A stretch of DNA of 64,000 nucleotides. Source: a virus. Every line of letters begins with the position of its first letter. Within the stretch, counting starts at the first letter, position 1. The DNA is taken from the IMG/VR virus record IMGVR_UViG_3300047558_000077, positions 108,365 through 172,364 of that record, one strand, 5' to 3'. Under the pieces are notes generated by a model. The model worked only from the letters and a program-made list of their open reading frames with translations. It ran no database searches and was not told where the DNA came from. A program made the translations under genes and the position numbers. This document shows positions 34,562 through 46,090 of the stretch, piece by piece.

Positions 34562-37500
34562 ATGTCCCGATCAAATAACAAAACCTCAATACTTGTCGCT
34601 AGTCAGCTTCCTGCATTTGTCAGGGAAGAACATGAACAATTTGTCAAGTTTCTGGAGTATTACTACAAGCAACAGGAAAGAGAAGGCCAGGCTCTTTATC
34701 TTTCCAAGAATATGCTACGTAATCTGGATATTGACAGACTATACCAGCACGTATTAGATGCTCATACAGATTTACAGGGTCTAAGAACGGATTATGAATA
34801 TCATGCATTTCTTCAAGAGATGTATAATACATTCATTAAATATATTCCTGATACTGTTCTAGCCGATAGAACACTTATTCTAAAACATGCCAAAGAGTTT
34901 TACCAGGCCGCTGGTTCAGAGAAGTCGGTTCGCTTTCTTATTCAGGCTCTATTCAATAAAGAAGCTAGTTTCTATTATCCAAAGACAGACATTCTAAGAG
35001 CGTCGGATGGTAAGTGGTTCATTGAGAAATCTCTAAAGATCAATAGTATTCACGTTAATAATGTTTCAAATACCATAGCAGCATCTCGATTCGCTAATAC
35101 AACAATTAAAGGCCTAAGATCAAACGCCACAGCTATTGTAGAAAAGGTTGATACTTACTTCGATAAAGGTCAGCTAATTAACGAACTGAAACTCTCTAAT
35201 ATCTATAAAGAGTTTTTGAATGATGAAACAATCTTTGCCTACTACACCGAAGAAGGTGTAAATAATTATATCACGGCAAATCTGTTTTCTGGTATTATTA
35301 CCGCCGCTCAAATCATTTCTGGTGGTTCGGGTTATACCGAAGGCGCAACTGTTCCTATTACAAGTAATACGGGTGTAGGTGGTCAGGTTATTATTTCCAG
35401 AGTATCAAAAGGAACAATTCAGGCTGCCGGTGTTGTTAGCGGTGGTGCTGGCTTTAGAGTCGATGATGCTCTACTAATCTTCGGTTCTGGTACAGGTGCC
35501 ACAGGTATCGTAACAGACGTGGATGACAGCGGTTTCTATCATCCCAATAGCTATAACGTTATATGGTCAACTATCAATCTTGAAGCCAATACAACTATCG
35601 GCAATACTCTATACTCAAATCTTAATTCATCAAACGTTAATACGACAATTGCCGACGCTATGTCTTATTTTGTGTTCGCCAACTGCGGTCCAGCGTTTGC
35701 TCTATCTATCACTAACGGTGGTCAGAACTATGTTCCACCTATCACGATTGGTATCTCTGCCAACTCAATCATTTCAAGAATGGGTATTATTGGTAAGATG
35801 CAAATCGTCTCTGGCGGTCTAAATTATACCGCTGGTGATACTATTGAGTTTATCAATCCACCAGGCAGCACAGGCTTTGGTGCAAGAGCTAATGTTACAA
35901 ACGTAGCCGCTAACGGTATGATTACCGAAGTTAAGTTTGAACAAGTTCCTGGACAAATTATTGGTGGTTCTGGATATGACTGGTTCAATCTGCCCACAGC
36001 AAATGTTATCACTAGCACAGGTTCTGGAGCAAATATTGCTGTTACAGCTATCATTGGCCATAACGAAGAAGTTATTCAGTCTGTCTCTAACGTCGGTACA
36101 ATTCAGGCACTAACCGTTATTTCTGGTGGTTCTGGCTATACAGATAATCCAACACTTAGACTTGATACGCTAGGCGATGGCACTGCCAATGCAACACTAT
36201 CAACGGTGTCTGGTGCGTTCTCATATCCTGGTCGTTATATCACAGACGACGGTCACTTGTCTGGTTATAACTTCCTTGAAGATAGAGATTATTATCAAGA
36301 GTTCTCATATGTTGTTAAGGTTGACGAGTCGATCAACAAATATAGATCAGCAATCAAGGATCTAACACATCCCGCAGGCACGAGACTGTTTGGTGAATAT
36401 AACTTCATATTCGATGATGAAACACAAACTAATACAAACGTCGAAATCACGTATGCAAATACCGAGTCAATAACTCTTCCATACAAGACAATGTATCAGG
36501 TTCAGGAATACACATCTGGTGTGTTTACTCCTAACGTTCTGGTCGGTGTAGCAAATGCCGAATTTGTTGTCGGTAGCTATTCTGTCAATACATCTAATCA
36601 TCTATCAAGATATGCGGCACAGAATAACAATATCACTATCGCATATAACTTCCACGGCTTCTTTGTCAATGATTACGTATTCCTACACTTCCAGACAAAT
36701 GCGTGGTCAAATCTAGGTAATACGAACTACGTTGTCACCGATGCTAACGTAACTCACTTTACTGTCTATAACCCACTAACAGAGACCGTAACAGGTAACG
36801 TGGGTAATGTTCGTGTCTATAATCCTGATATTATGGTCAATATGCCATATAGTCGTCCTTCTCTAAATGAGAACGTCTATATCCAGTTCCAGTCTGTTGA
36901 TCCATCTCTAGCTAACGCTTTCTATCAAGTTATTAGCGTCAAAGATGCCAATACGTTTAACGTTCTGCATCCTGACATGACGACCGCTAATGCTCCTACT
37001 GGTGTAGCAAATACGATTACAAAGAAAGTTATCGTGACTGCCGAAGAGCATGGTTTCAGTGTTGGTGATCATACTTACCTACTATTAATCGGAGGTGACT
37101 CTGCCAATACAGACAATGGCTACTATACTGTAACTGGAGTCAATGGAGCTAATTCATTCAATGTAACCGCAGCTAATACACTATTTGATGGTTCTGTTGC
37201 TGTTGTTCACCAGAAGAAGTCACACATTATTGTTCCTTCTCACCCATACGCAAACGGAAATCTTGTTTATATCTCATTTACCAGTGGTGATCAGGCTAAC
37301 GTAACAAATGGTGTATACCAGCCTGTCAATATTGGTTCAGATGTATTCCGTATAAACGTAGCCAAGCCAGCTACAGGCAATAGTAATGTTAGAGTTTGGT
37401 ATCAGTCAAACAACTACTCCAACATCAAGTTTACCACATTGATGACAAATAATGGCCTATCGGCTAATGATAATGTTTATATCGAGTTCTATTCATCGGC

Positions 37501-37732
37501 GACCGATCTTGCCAATGGCATCTATATGATCAAGTCCGACTATAACGGAAATACGTATAACATCATGTATGATGGTAATACATATATTCAGAATGCGTTT
37601 AGCACATATCAGTCACTAGTCTATATTCCAGGTAACACGAATAACACGATCAATATTGTTGCACATTCAGGTCTTGGTGTTGTTTCTAGTTCGCTCATGG
37701 AAGGTATGGCTTTGGTTTCGCCTTATAAATAA
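34562..37732 (+). CDS. gp7: Baseplate wedge initiator gp7-like
   Basis: QLPAFVRE...F.KFLEYYY; LRASDGKW; YYQEFSYV...HPAG. Confidence 0.85.
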   Translation: MSRSNNKTSILVASQLPAFVREEHEQFVKFLEYYYKQQEREGQALYLSKNMLRNLDIDRLYQHVLDAHTDLQGLRTDYEYHAFLQEMYNTFIKYIPDTVLADRTLILKHAKEFYQAAGSEKSVRFLIQALFNKEASFYYPKTDILRASDGKWFIEKSLKINSIHVNNVSNTIAASRFANTTIKGLRSNATAIVEKVDTYFDKGQLINELKLSNIYKEFLNDETIFAYYTEEGVNNYITANLFSGIITAAQIISGGSGYTEGATVPITSNTGVGGQVIISRVSKGTIQAAGVVSGGAGFRVDDALLIFGSGTGATGIVTDVDDSGFYHPNSYNVIWSTINLEANTTIGNTLYSNLNSSNVNTTIADAMSYFVFANCGPAFALSITNGGQNYVPPITIGISANSIISRMGIIGKMQIVSGGLNYTAGDTIEFINPPGSTGFGARANVTNVAANGMITEVKFEQVPGQIIGGSGYDWFNLPTANVITSTGSGANIAVTAIIGHNEEVIQSVSNVGTIQALTVISGGSGYTDNPTLRLDTLGDGTANATLSTVSGAFSYPGRYITDDGHLSGYNFLEDRDYYQEFSYVVKVDESINKYRSAIKDLTHPAGTRLFGEYNFIFDDETQTNTNVEITYANTESITLPYKTMYQVQEYTSGVFTPNVLVGVANAEFVVGSYSVNTSNHLSRYAAQNNNITIAYNFHGFFVNDYVFLHFQTNAWSNLGNTNYVVTDANVTHFTVYNPLTETVTGNVGNVRVYNPDIMVNMPYSRPSLNENVYIQFQSVDPSLANAFYQVISVKDANTFNVLHPDMTTANAPTGVANTITKKVIVTAEEHGFSVGDHTYLLLIGGDSANTDNGYYTVTGVNGANSFNVTAANTLFDGSVAVVHQKKSHIIVPSHPYANGNLVYISFTSGDQANVTNGVYQPVNIGSDVFRINVAKPATGNSNVRVWYQSNNYSNIKFTTLMTNNGLSANDNVYIEFYSSATDLANGIYMIKSDYNGNTYNIMYDGNTYIQNAFSTYQSLVYIPGNTNNTINIVAHSGLGVVSSSLMEGMALVSPYK
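37724..37731 (+). promoter_or_regulatory. T4 late promoter TATAAATA
   Basis: Exact T4 consensus upstream of gp8. Confidence 0.75.
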
Positions 37733-37757
37733 GTAGATAATAAGAGAGGTATATTCC

Positions 37758-39083
37758 TTGGCATCGTCACGCTCTAAAAATCTTGATATCTTTGTCGCAA
37801 AGCAGGTCAAAGAATCCGTATCTGAACCACAATCATCAAATGTGTATCTAACTTTTGGTAAGAGTTCGTCATGGGCCAATGACGCTGCACCACCTCAGGC
37901 AAATACATCTACCGTCGAATACAATGATATTTGGAAGAATATGATTGGTGGTAAGAGAATATCAGGTAACAATATCAGACATGCCATTCCTAGAGTGGAC
38001 TGGACATCTGGTGTTGTATATGAAGCCTATAGTGATACGAACGACTCCCTTGAACAATTAAACATCAATAATCAATTCTATGTTCTAACATCGGAGCATA
38101 ACGTATATAAGTGTCTGTCGAATAATGGCGGTGTACCATCTACAGTTATGCCTAACATTCTAGTTACAACTACACACTTCCAGACTAGCGATGGTTACAT
38201 TTGGAAATATATGTATAGTCTAAATGCCGAAGAGAAGTTGCGCTTTCTCACATCATCATTCATGCCTGTCAAGACTATCTCCGAGAGTGATAACAGTCAG
38301 CAATGGCTAGTTCAAGAAAATTCTATCGACGGTGCTATCCATGTCATCGATGTTCTTAACGGCGGTTCTAATTATTCTGCAAATGATGTGGTTGTTTCTA
38401 TCGTTGGTGATGGTTTTTATGCGAATGCTTTTGCTGTATTAAACACATCATCAAATACCGTTCAGTCAATTGTTGTCGATAATCTAGGGTATGGTTACAC
38501 ACACGCAAACGTATCAATTATTTCTTCATTTGGTGGTGGAGCAACAGCTAGGGCTATCATTAGTCCTCCAGGCGGTCACGGATCAGATCCAATAACAGAA
38601 CTTGGTGGTTCATATCTACTAGTCAATGTTCAAATTAGAGACACTGAAAACGGAGTTCTTTCAACTCACAACGACTATAGACAGATTGCTCTTATAGAAG
38701 ATCCTCGCCTATATGGTACAACTACGGTGTCATCTTTACCCGCAGTTTCACAGCTAACAGTTCTCAATCTAAACGGCACGTCAGTTGAATACAACGAAGA
38801 TGAATGGGTGTATCAGGGTTCATCATTTGCAACGTCATTCTTTAAAGGCTACGTAGTTGAATGGGATACAGGTAACAACATCATTAAACTAGCACAGACA
38901 GAAGGTGTTCCATCAAAGGATCTATTGATCGGTGCTAATACCACCGCTGCTCGCTTCGTTAGTTCTATCACTAATCCAACTCTACAGCCTCGTAGCGGAA
39001 ATCTACTATATACAGATAACATGACTGCAATTCAAAGGGCTGATGACCAAGCCGAAGATTACAAAATTGTCCTGAATTTTTAA
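37758..39083 (+). CDS. gp8: Baseplate wedge gp8
   Basis: PR.DW.SG, FYV.....VYKCL.N, DGY.WKYMY, PPGGHG. Confidence 0.92.
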   Translation: MASSRSKNLDIFVAKQVKESVSEPQSSNVYLTFGKSSSWANDAAPPQANTSTVEYNDIWKNMIGGKRISGNNIRHAIPRVDWTSGVVYEAYSDTNDSLEQLNINNQFYVLTSEHNVYKCLSNNGGVPSTVMPNILVTTTHFQTSDGYIWKYMYSLNAEEKLRFLTSSFMPVKTISESDNSQQWLVQENSIDGAIHVIDVLNGGSNYSANDVVVSIVGDGFYANAFAVLNTSSNTVQSIVVDNLGYGYTHANVSIISSFGGGATARAIISPPGGHGSDPITELGGSYLLVNVQIRDTENGVLSTHNDYRQIALIEDPRLYGTTTVSSLPAVSQLTVLNLNGTSVEYNEDEWVYQGSSFATSFFKGYVVEWDTGNNIIKLAQTEGVPSKDLLIGANTTAARFVSSITNPTLQPRSGNLLYTDNMTAIQRADDQAEDYKIVLNF

Positions 39084-39098
39084 AAGGAAAGAATAAAA

Positions 39099-42000
39099 AT
39101 GGCTTATAACAAAGCAAATAATACATTGACTACAGACTTCAATGTGACTCCTTATTATGACGATTACACCATTGACAGTAATTACTATAGAATCCTATTC
39201 AAGCCAGGCTTTGCAGTTCAGGCCCGTGAACTTACACAGATTCAGTCATCATTGCAGGAACAGATCAATCGCTTTGGTAAGCACGTATTCAAAGAAGGTT
39301 CTATCGTCATTCCTGGTGGCTTCACACTAGAAACACATGGCGGAGCTAATACAGGTTCAGGTATTCGTTATGTTAAGGTAAAAGATTTCGACGCATCTAA
39401 CAATAGTGTTACGATTTCCGATTTCACTGGCTATGACGTTATCGGTGCTACATCAAACATTACCGCAGCGGTTGTTGATGTTCTACCTGGTACTCAGTCA
39501 AGTTCAAACACAAAAACTCTCTATGTTAAGTATAAAACCACGTCAAGTTCAAACAATCGTCAGAAAGTATTCCTTGCTGGTGAAACACTAACTGCAAATG
39601 TCGGTGGTGAAAACAAGACACTAGTTGTTCTTAATACTGACCCAGTTGCTAACGTTGGCTTTGGTTCACGCTTTAAGATCGAAGAAGGTGTTGTGTTCGC
39701 CAAGAATCACTTCATTTCTTTCCCAACACAGACGATCATTCTTGATAGATATAATCCAAACCCATCTTGTAAAGTTGGTTTCTTTATTTCAGAAGATATC
39801 ACCAATGCTTCACAGGACACATCTCTACTAGATCCAGCACTAGAAGCATCTAACTATGCTGCTCCGGGTGCAGATCGTCTAAAGCTAACACCTACTCTAA
39901 CAATTAGACCATATGATGATCCAGTTGGCCCTCCAGACTTCGTTGAACTATTCAGCGTAGAAGGTGGTGTTGTTAAGTCATACTTTGAACGTTCGCAGTA
40001 TAACATCATTCAGGACGAAATGGCCAAGCGTCTATTTGACCAGTCTGGTGACTATGTTGTTCGTGGTCTTGATGTTCAAATTCGTGAGCATGATGATACA
40101 GGATCAAACTTCGGTCGTTATGCTAACGGTAATAATAGCCTACTATTCGTCGGTGTATCATCTGGACTAGCATATGTTCAAGGTTATGAAATCAATAATC
40201 TTGATACCGCAGAACTACAGATCGAAAAAGGTTTAGCAACATCCGAGTTTAGAGAACAGATTTCATCCGCTACACTTGGTTCATACGTTACTGCCAATAA
40301 CGTTGTCGGCTCATGGGCACTTGACAAAGCTATCCCTGTCAACCTCTATGATACTGTCCAGCGTCGTGTTGCTAACAATCTATGGTCAGGCGGCTCGGCT
40401 CCTACAGGTAGAGTTATCGGTACAGCCAACGTAGCATCATTTGAATATGCTACAGGCACACCAAGTTACGATGGACAATACAATCTATACTTGATGGACG
40501 TAAGAATGTTGGGAAGTAACAGCTTCGCCAACGTAAGAAGTGTTTATTACGATAGTGCTGTGTCTGACGGATATGCAGACGTTGTATTAAGTTCAGCCGG
40601 TAATGCTACACTCACCGACGTGAACAACTCACAGTTGCTATATTATGTCGGCGATGATTACGTTAAGAGCGTAAGAGATATTGACGATTCTGGTGTAAAT
40701 GCCACAACGTTCTATTTCAATAAGACAGCATCTATTTCACCAATTGCTGCTAATGGCACATTTACAATTGGTGATGGTAGCACAACCGAAACTCTACCAT
40801 ATGGCACAGCAACACTATCCGCAGCACAGAAGTCAGAACTTGTTCTAACTCTCGATTCATCTGCTAACATTGCAATGACTGGTACAGTTAGCGGATCAGG
40901 ATCATCTCTAACTGGTGTCGGCACATTCTTCACAAGATTGAATGTTGGCGACAAGCTAGAGTTTGCTGGTAACACAAGATCATATTACATTTCATCTATC
41001 ACCAACGACAATGCTCTTACTGTTGTAGGAACACTACCAAGTCTTTCTGGCGCAGCATTCTTCAAGGCATACAAGACTGGTGATATTGTTGATCTAACAG
41101 GTAAAGGATCAGCCGCTGGTGCTACCAGAACTGTAACAGCAACCTCTGGCCCATCAGGATCACTAACATTTGATCTAAAAGAAACATTCCCAACTACACT
41201 AAATGCCACACTAACTTATAAGATGGCTAGAACAACAGCCAAAGAAATCGAAAAGGTTAAGAGAGCCGGTAGATATGTAAGAATTAACTGTTCTACAGCC
41301 GGCACATCTGGACCATTCGATCTAGGTTTCTCTGACGTTTATAAAGTTAAGAGCATTAGACTTGGTTCAGGTTCATATCCTGCATCTAATACGGCAGGCA
41401 CAGACGTTACAACTCTATTCAAGATTGATAATGGTCAGCGTGATGGTTACTATGATCACGGAACAATTACACCTGCCGGTATCGGTCTATCTGCATCTGA
41501 TAGACTACTAGTAGAGCTAGATTACTTTGAACCAAACTTCACATCTCGTGCAGGTTACTTCTCTATTGATTCTTATCCAATCGAAGATGATGACACACTA
41601 TACAATGATTCGTTGGATATTAGAACAGAGAATGTTCCTATCTACAAATCACCTGTAAATGGTAAAGAGCTTAATCTAAGAAATTATCTAGACTTTAGAC
41701 CAGTCAAGACTAACACAGCGACAGATACTACTACACCAGCTTCTGGTACAGAGAATCCTGCTAAGTCATATTCCTATCAGAATAGCACGAATGGTCTAAG
41801 AATACCAGTTCCATCAAGTCAGATCACCTATGATTATACAACATACATGGGTCGTCGTGATCTACTTGTAGTTGACAAGGATAAACGATTCCAGGTTATT
41901 CCTGGTATTCCAAGCAACTTCCCTATCACACCAGAAGCAACACCTGGTACGATGGCAATTGCTGTTCTTAATATTACACCATATCCATCGCTGTCACCGG

Positions 42001-45000
42001 CTTATGCTTCGTCTATCAATAGACCGGATCTATCAACATCTACCAAGAAGATGTCGAACGCCAGGTTTACAATGCGTGATATTGGCACACTAAAACAGCG
42101 TATCGTCAATCTTGAATATTACACATCATTGTCTGTCCTGGAAAAGGCAGCCGCTGATATGCTTATTCTTGATAGTAATGGACTTGATCGCTTCAAGAAT
42201 GGTATCTTCACAGACTCATTCCGTGATCAGTCTCTTGCTGCAACTTATAATGCCGATCATCGTATTACTGTTGACCCAGAAGAAAAAGTTATTCGTCCAC
42301 TCTATACCATGGACTCATTCGGCTATGACTATGTTAGCGGAACAAACGTTGTCAAGAATGACGATCTAGTTACACTAACGTTTACCGAAGAGTTGCTATG
42401 GAATCAGCAATGGGTAACATCTGATAGAAACGTCGAACGCCGTGATTGGCTATTCGTTGGTCAGGTTCGTCTATTCCCAGAGCAAGATGTTTGGGTTGAT
42501 ACGACTACAGCACCTGACGAAGAGATCAATCTAGGCACATGGACACAAACAAACGTTCTAACCAATAAGTCAGTATTGACAAGCACCGAGTGGGGTGCAT
42601 GGAGAAAATACGTAGTTGGTTACCGTGTCTACACTGGCACAGGTTCGGGAAGAACCGCATATAACTACGGCAATCTTTACAGAACATATGACGAAGCCAG
42701 AGACGTTGCTAACTCTCTAAACCCACCAGGTAATGGTCGTGGTGTTTCTGTTGAGACAGTCTATAACAATGTTCGCACAGGCACAGAATATTGGATGTCC
42801 GATCAGACTCAGAAGGCTGAAAGCGGATATAAGATCATCAATACAGAGGTCATTCCATATATTCGTCCTCAGACAATTACTGTTGCTTGTACCTCATTGA
42901 AGCCATTTACAAGAGTTTGGACATTCTTTGATAATGAGCCAATGACACAGTATGCACGCCCAATTACGGCAGAGCAACATGCGGCCATTACGGATGGTGT
43001 TGAAAATACACTACCACAAGGTCCATGGGCAGCCGAAGGTTCTGATCTTGTAACTGACGAAAACGGAACACTATACTTCCAGTTACGTCTACCAAACGAG
43101 AAGAGATTCCGTTGTGGTAATCGTGCGCTAGTGGTTGCAGATACTCTTGTTCCTGTAAACGAAGCATCTGTATCACCACTTGGTGCATCTGACGATCTTT
43201 CAACTGGTGGTCGTGCATTCTTCTATGCATCTGGTACCGCAGTAACAAGACAGAAATCAATCTACTCTTCAAGACGTATCGATTACTATGAAAAAGAACT
43301 TGAAGAGACATACAGTGACAGCGGCTTCCAAGATATCGCTGCTCCACCACCTCCACCACCAGCAGGAAAGCACTGTTCCGCTTATTCATTCTTGGCACAG
43401 GCTCCTGACGGTGAAGAAGGTATGTTCCTAACATCCGTTGATATCTTTATTTCTCGTATCAGAGATAAGGGTGTTTGGTTCGAGGTTCGTGAGATGACCG
43501 CAGGCGGTAACATTACACGTAATCAGGTTCCATTCTCAGAAGTCTGGTACGAAGATGTTTCACAGATTCCAATTTCTACAGACGGCAGAACCAATCCTCT
43601 AAACGTAAAGTTTAAGGCACCAATCTTCTTGTTCCATAATACAATGTATGCGTTTATCGTTCATGCTATCGATGGCAACCCTGATGTTTACTTCTGGACT
43701 GCTAAACTTGGACAGACAGATATTAATGGTAGAGGTCAGTATAATAATCGTCGTAACACTGGTACATTCTATCAGACAAACAATAACATCAACTGGGACG
43801 TTATCGCCGACGTTGATCTAACTTGTAAGTTCTATAGAGCAAACTTCGTTACAAATGTTGAAGGTGAGGCTATTCTTGGTAACAAGCCAGTTGAAAATCT
43901 ACTTCTATCAAGTAGATCAAAAGACCTAAGACCAAGACAGGGTGACGTATTCACTACTGGTGCCAAGCTAGTTCTATCATCAAACGGAACTATTCAGACA
44001 ACAGATATCATCAAGGGTGTAACATCTCTTGCTAACTCTTCTGTTTCTTCTATTGACGGTTCAACATATTCAATGTCCAACACTGGATATGTCGTAGGCG
44101 AAACTGTTAACGTCTTTGCCGCTAACAACGTTTATCGTGGTATCTCAGCAAATGTCACATCGGTATCATATGGTCGTGGTGTTCTAAACAACTATGTTGA
44201 CGGACCATCAACCAACTCTGCTATCACATATAGCATTGCTCAGTTGACCAACTCTGATGGTAACTTCTCTGCTAATGACTATATCTTTAGTGCTACTAAC
44301 CCAGATTACAATGCTGTAATCGGTCAAGTCAAAAACTATAGATATTCAGCTATCTCATTTGAGCCAGGAACAATGAACTTCAAAGATACTGATCTTAAGT
44401 TCGAAATGCGTTCTTACTCAAATACTGGCATTGAAGGTCCATATGTTTCTATTCAGCCATCAGAGACATACTACTACATTGATGAACAGGCTCTACACTC
44501 TAAGAGCAATGAGATTGCAACCCTCGGTGGTGCAAGATCAAATCAGCTTAGAGCTAAGTTTAGAACTGGTAAGATCGGTGTTTCACCTGTCATCGATATG
44601 GCTAGAACACATACGATCTATCTTGACAATATCATTAGTGCCAACTCTGGTGGTGAGACAGCCGCATCTGGTGGTGAGTTAATAAATAGATACATCTCCA
44701 AGACTGTAACACTAGCAGAAGGTCAGGACGCAGAAGACATTCAAGTTGTTCTAACTGCATATCGTCCACCAAACACAGATGTTAAGGTATGGATCAAGAT
44801 CCTACATCGTGAAGATGCTACACTATTCGACAATGCTCCTTGGGTCGAGCTATCAAGAATTAGCGGTGATGTTTATTCATCTCTAGCCCTTAGAACAGAC
44901 TTCAAGGAATACACATACGGATTTAGTAGCTCATACCTAACTGGTCCAAATGGCGAGGTTCAATACACTAATGCTGCCGGAATCAAGTTCACTGGCTATA

Positions 45001-45098
45001 AGTATTTTGCAGTTAAGATTGGTCTAGTAAATACTCAGAACAATACTGCAATCTATCCTCGTGTCGGTGATCTTCGTTGTATCGCACTACAGATATAA
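39099..45098 (+). CDS. Large VrlC/DUF4815-like structural protein
   Basis: PYYDDY...YYRILFKPGFAVQARELTQIQS; APGADRLK; FTMRDIG.L..RI.NLEYYTSL; RFKNG.F.DSF. Confidence 0.85.
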   Translation: MAYNKANNTLTTDFNVTPYYDDYTIDSNYYRILFKPGFAVQARELTQIQSSLQEQINRFGKHVFKEGSIVIPGGFTLETHGGANTGSGIRYVKVKDFDASNNSVTISDFTGYDVIGATSNITAAVVDVLPGTQSSSNTKTLYVKYKTTSSSNNRQKVFLAGETLTANVGGENKTLVVLNTDPVANVGFGSRFKIEEGVVFAKNHFISFPTQTIILDRYNPNPSCKVGFFISEDITNASQDTSLLDPALEASNYAAPGADRLKLTPTLTIRPYDDPVGPPDFVELFSVEGGVVKSYFERSQYNIIQDEMAKRLFDQSGDYVVRGLDVQIREHDDTGSNFGRYANGNNSLLFVGVSSGLAYVQGYEINNLDTAELQIEKGLATSEFREQISSATLGSYVTANNVVGSWALDKAIPVNLYDTVQRRVANNLWSGGSAPTGRVIGTANVASFEYATGTPSYDGQYNLYLMDVRMLGSNSFANVRSVYYDSAVSDGYADVVLSSAGNATLTDVNNSQLLYYVGDDYVKSVRDIDDSGVNATTFYFNKTASISPIAANGTFTIGDGSTTETLPYGTATLSAAQKSELVLTLDSSANIAMTGTVSGSGSSLTGVGTFFTRLNVGDKLEFAGNTRSYYISSITNDNALTVVGTLPSLSGAAFFKAYKTGDIVDLTGKGSAAGATRTVTATSGPSGSLTFDLKETFPTTLNATLTYKMARTTAKEIEKVKRAGRYVRINCSTAGTSGPFDLGFSDVYKVKSIRLGSGSYPASNTAGTDVTTLFKIDNGQRDGYYDHGTITPAGIGLSASDRLLVELDYFEPNFTSRAGYFSIDSYPIEDDDTLYNDSLDIRTENVPIYKSPVNGKELNLRNYLDFRPVKTNTATDTTTPASGTENPAKSYSYQNSTNGLRIPVPSSQITYDYTTYMGRRDLLVVDKDKRFQVIPGIPSNFPITPEATPGTMAIAVLNITPYPSLSPAYASSINRPDLSTSTKKMSNARFTMRDIGTLKQRIVNLEYYTSLSVLEKAAADMLILDSNGLDRFKNGIFTDSFRDQSLAATYNADHRITVDPEEKVIRPLYTMDSFGYDYVSGTNVVKNDDLVTLTFTEELLWNQQWVTSDRNVERRDWLFVGQVRLFPEQDVWVDTTTAPDEEINLGTWTQTNVLTNKSVLTSTEWGAWRKYVVGYRVYTGTGSGRTAYNYGNLYRTYDEARDVANSLNPPGNGRGVSVETVYNNVRTGTEYWMSDQTQKAESGYKIINTEVIPYIRPQTITVACTSLKPFTRVWTFFDNEPMTQYARPITAEQHAAITDGVENTLPQGPWAAEGSDLVTDENGTLYFQLRLPNEKRFRCGNRALVVADTLVPVNEASVSPLGASDDLSTGGRAFFYASGTAVTRQKSIYSSRRIDYYEKELEETYSDSGFQDIAAPPPPPPAGKHCSAYSFLAQAPDGEEGMFLTSVDIFISRIRDKGVWFEVREMTAGGNITRNQVPFSEVWYEDVSQIPISTDGRTNPLNVKFKAPIFLFHNTMYAFIVHAIDGNPDVYFWTAKLGQTDINGRGQYNNRRNTGTFYQTNNNINWDVIADVDLTCKFYRANFVTNVEGEAILGNKPVENLLLSSRSKDLRPRQGDVFTTGAKLVLSSNGTIQTTDIIKGVTSLANSSVSSIDGSTYSMSNTGYVVGETVNVFAANNVYRGISANVTSVSYGRGVLNNYVDGPSTNSAITYSIAQLTNSDGNFSANDYIFSATNPDYNAVIGQVKNYRYSAISFEPGTMNFKDTDLKFEMRSYSNTGIEGPYVSIQPSETYYYIDEQALHSKSNEIATLGGARSNQLRAKFRTGKIGVSPVIDMARTHTIYLDNIISANSGGETAASGGELINRYISKTVTLAEGQDAEDIQVVLTAYRPPNTDVKVWIKILHREDATLFDNAPWVELSRISGDVYSSLALRTDFKEYTYGFSSSYLTGPNGEVQYTNAAGIKFTGYKYFAVKIGLVNTQNNTAIYPRVGDLRCIALQI

Positions 45099-45107
45099 GG
45101 AATTGGT

Positions 45108-45899
45108 ATGGAAATTGAATTTGATCTAAACAATGATTTTAAAGAGATAGAAGAGTATGATTTTGGTAATGGTCCGGTCCCCGCACATCGCCACATTCGT
45201 GGCGGTGGCTGGGTCGCTAACTCAGCCACTGTAGAAGACACATGCTATGTTGGCCCTTATGCCAGAGTGTTTGAAAACGCATTTGTTTCCGGTAATGCTT
45301 TTATCAATGATGCTGCAAGTGTATTTGGTAATGCTTCTGTAACGGGTAATGCCAAAGTCTATGGTGATGCAATGGTCTATGACAATGCATCTATCAGAGA
45401 TCAAGCAAAAGTTAGTGGCTTTAGTAAAATATACGGCAATGCTACTGTCATGAATAACGCACAAGTATACGAAAGTGCGGAAGTTTTCGACAGAGCCGTT
45501 GTTTGTAACAATGCAGAAATCTATGACAATAGTAAAGTATATGGTGATGGTTACGTATTTGAGTGTATTAGACTGTATGGTCATTGTATTGTGACCCGTA
45601 AGCCTATTCTTGGTCTAGGTTTTGAATATCCGGTTACAATCACTGACCATCATGTATTGTTAGGATGCACAGTCATTCCGCCAACCACACTTAAGAAACT
45701 AGGTAGACGTATTATAACTCTTGTTGGTTATGAAAAAGAGCAGGCCGATTTGTGGCTAGAGATTGTCGATAGATTGATACAGGTTCACGGATGCACAGAC
45801 ATACCAGAGGATCTAACACCAGAGAACGAAAGACGGGTTATACTCAATCTTATAACCGAAAGAAATGCAGGTAGTGATAGAGATGTCCGCACAAGATAG
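45108..45899 (+). CDS. Left-handed beta-helix (hexapeptide repeat) protein
   Basis: Repeats of A.V.GN/A.V.DN hexapeptides. Confidence 0.75.
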   Translation: MEIEFDLNNDFKEIEEYDFGNGPVPAHRHIRGGGWVANSATVEDTCYVGPYARVFENAFVSGNAFINDAASVFGNASVTGNAKVYGDAMVYDNASIRDQAKVSGFSKIYGNATVMNNAQVYESAEVFDRAVVCNNAEIYDNSKVYGDGYVFECIRLYGHCIVTRKPILGLGFEYPVTITDHHVLLGCTVIPPTTLKKLGRRIITLVGYEKEQADLWLEIVDRLIQVHGCTDIPEDLTPENERRVILNLITERNAGSDRDVRTR

Positions 45900-46089
45900 C
45901 AAAACCGATAGACCTGGAATTTATAAGTCGTCTGACGGATATCTTATAAATAAAGATAATGAGGCTCTAGCAGCTTATAAGAAGCGTAAAAGAAAAGAAC
46001 AGGTTGTTGATAGAATGCAAGAGCAATTGGACGAGTTAAGATCCGATATCAGCGAGATCAAAGACATACTTAGAGGATTAGCAAAGTAA
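45883..46089 (+). CDS. Small coiled-coil protein
   Basis: LINKD...Y.KRK...L.SDISEIK.IL pattern common after VrlC-like genes; TATAAATA at 45945-45952 lies within it. Confidence 0.7.
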   Translation: MSAQDSKTDRPGIYKSSDGYLINKDNEALAAYKKRKRKEQVVDRMQEQLDELRSDISEIKDILRGLAK

Positions 46090-46090
46090 A

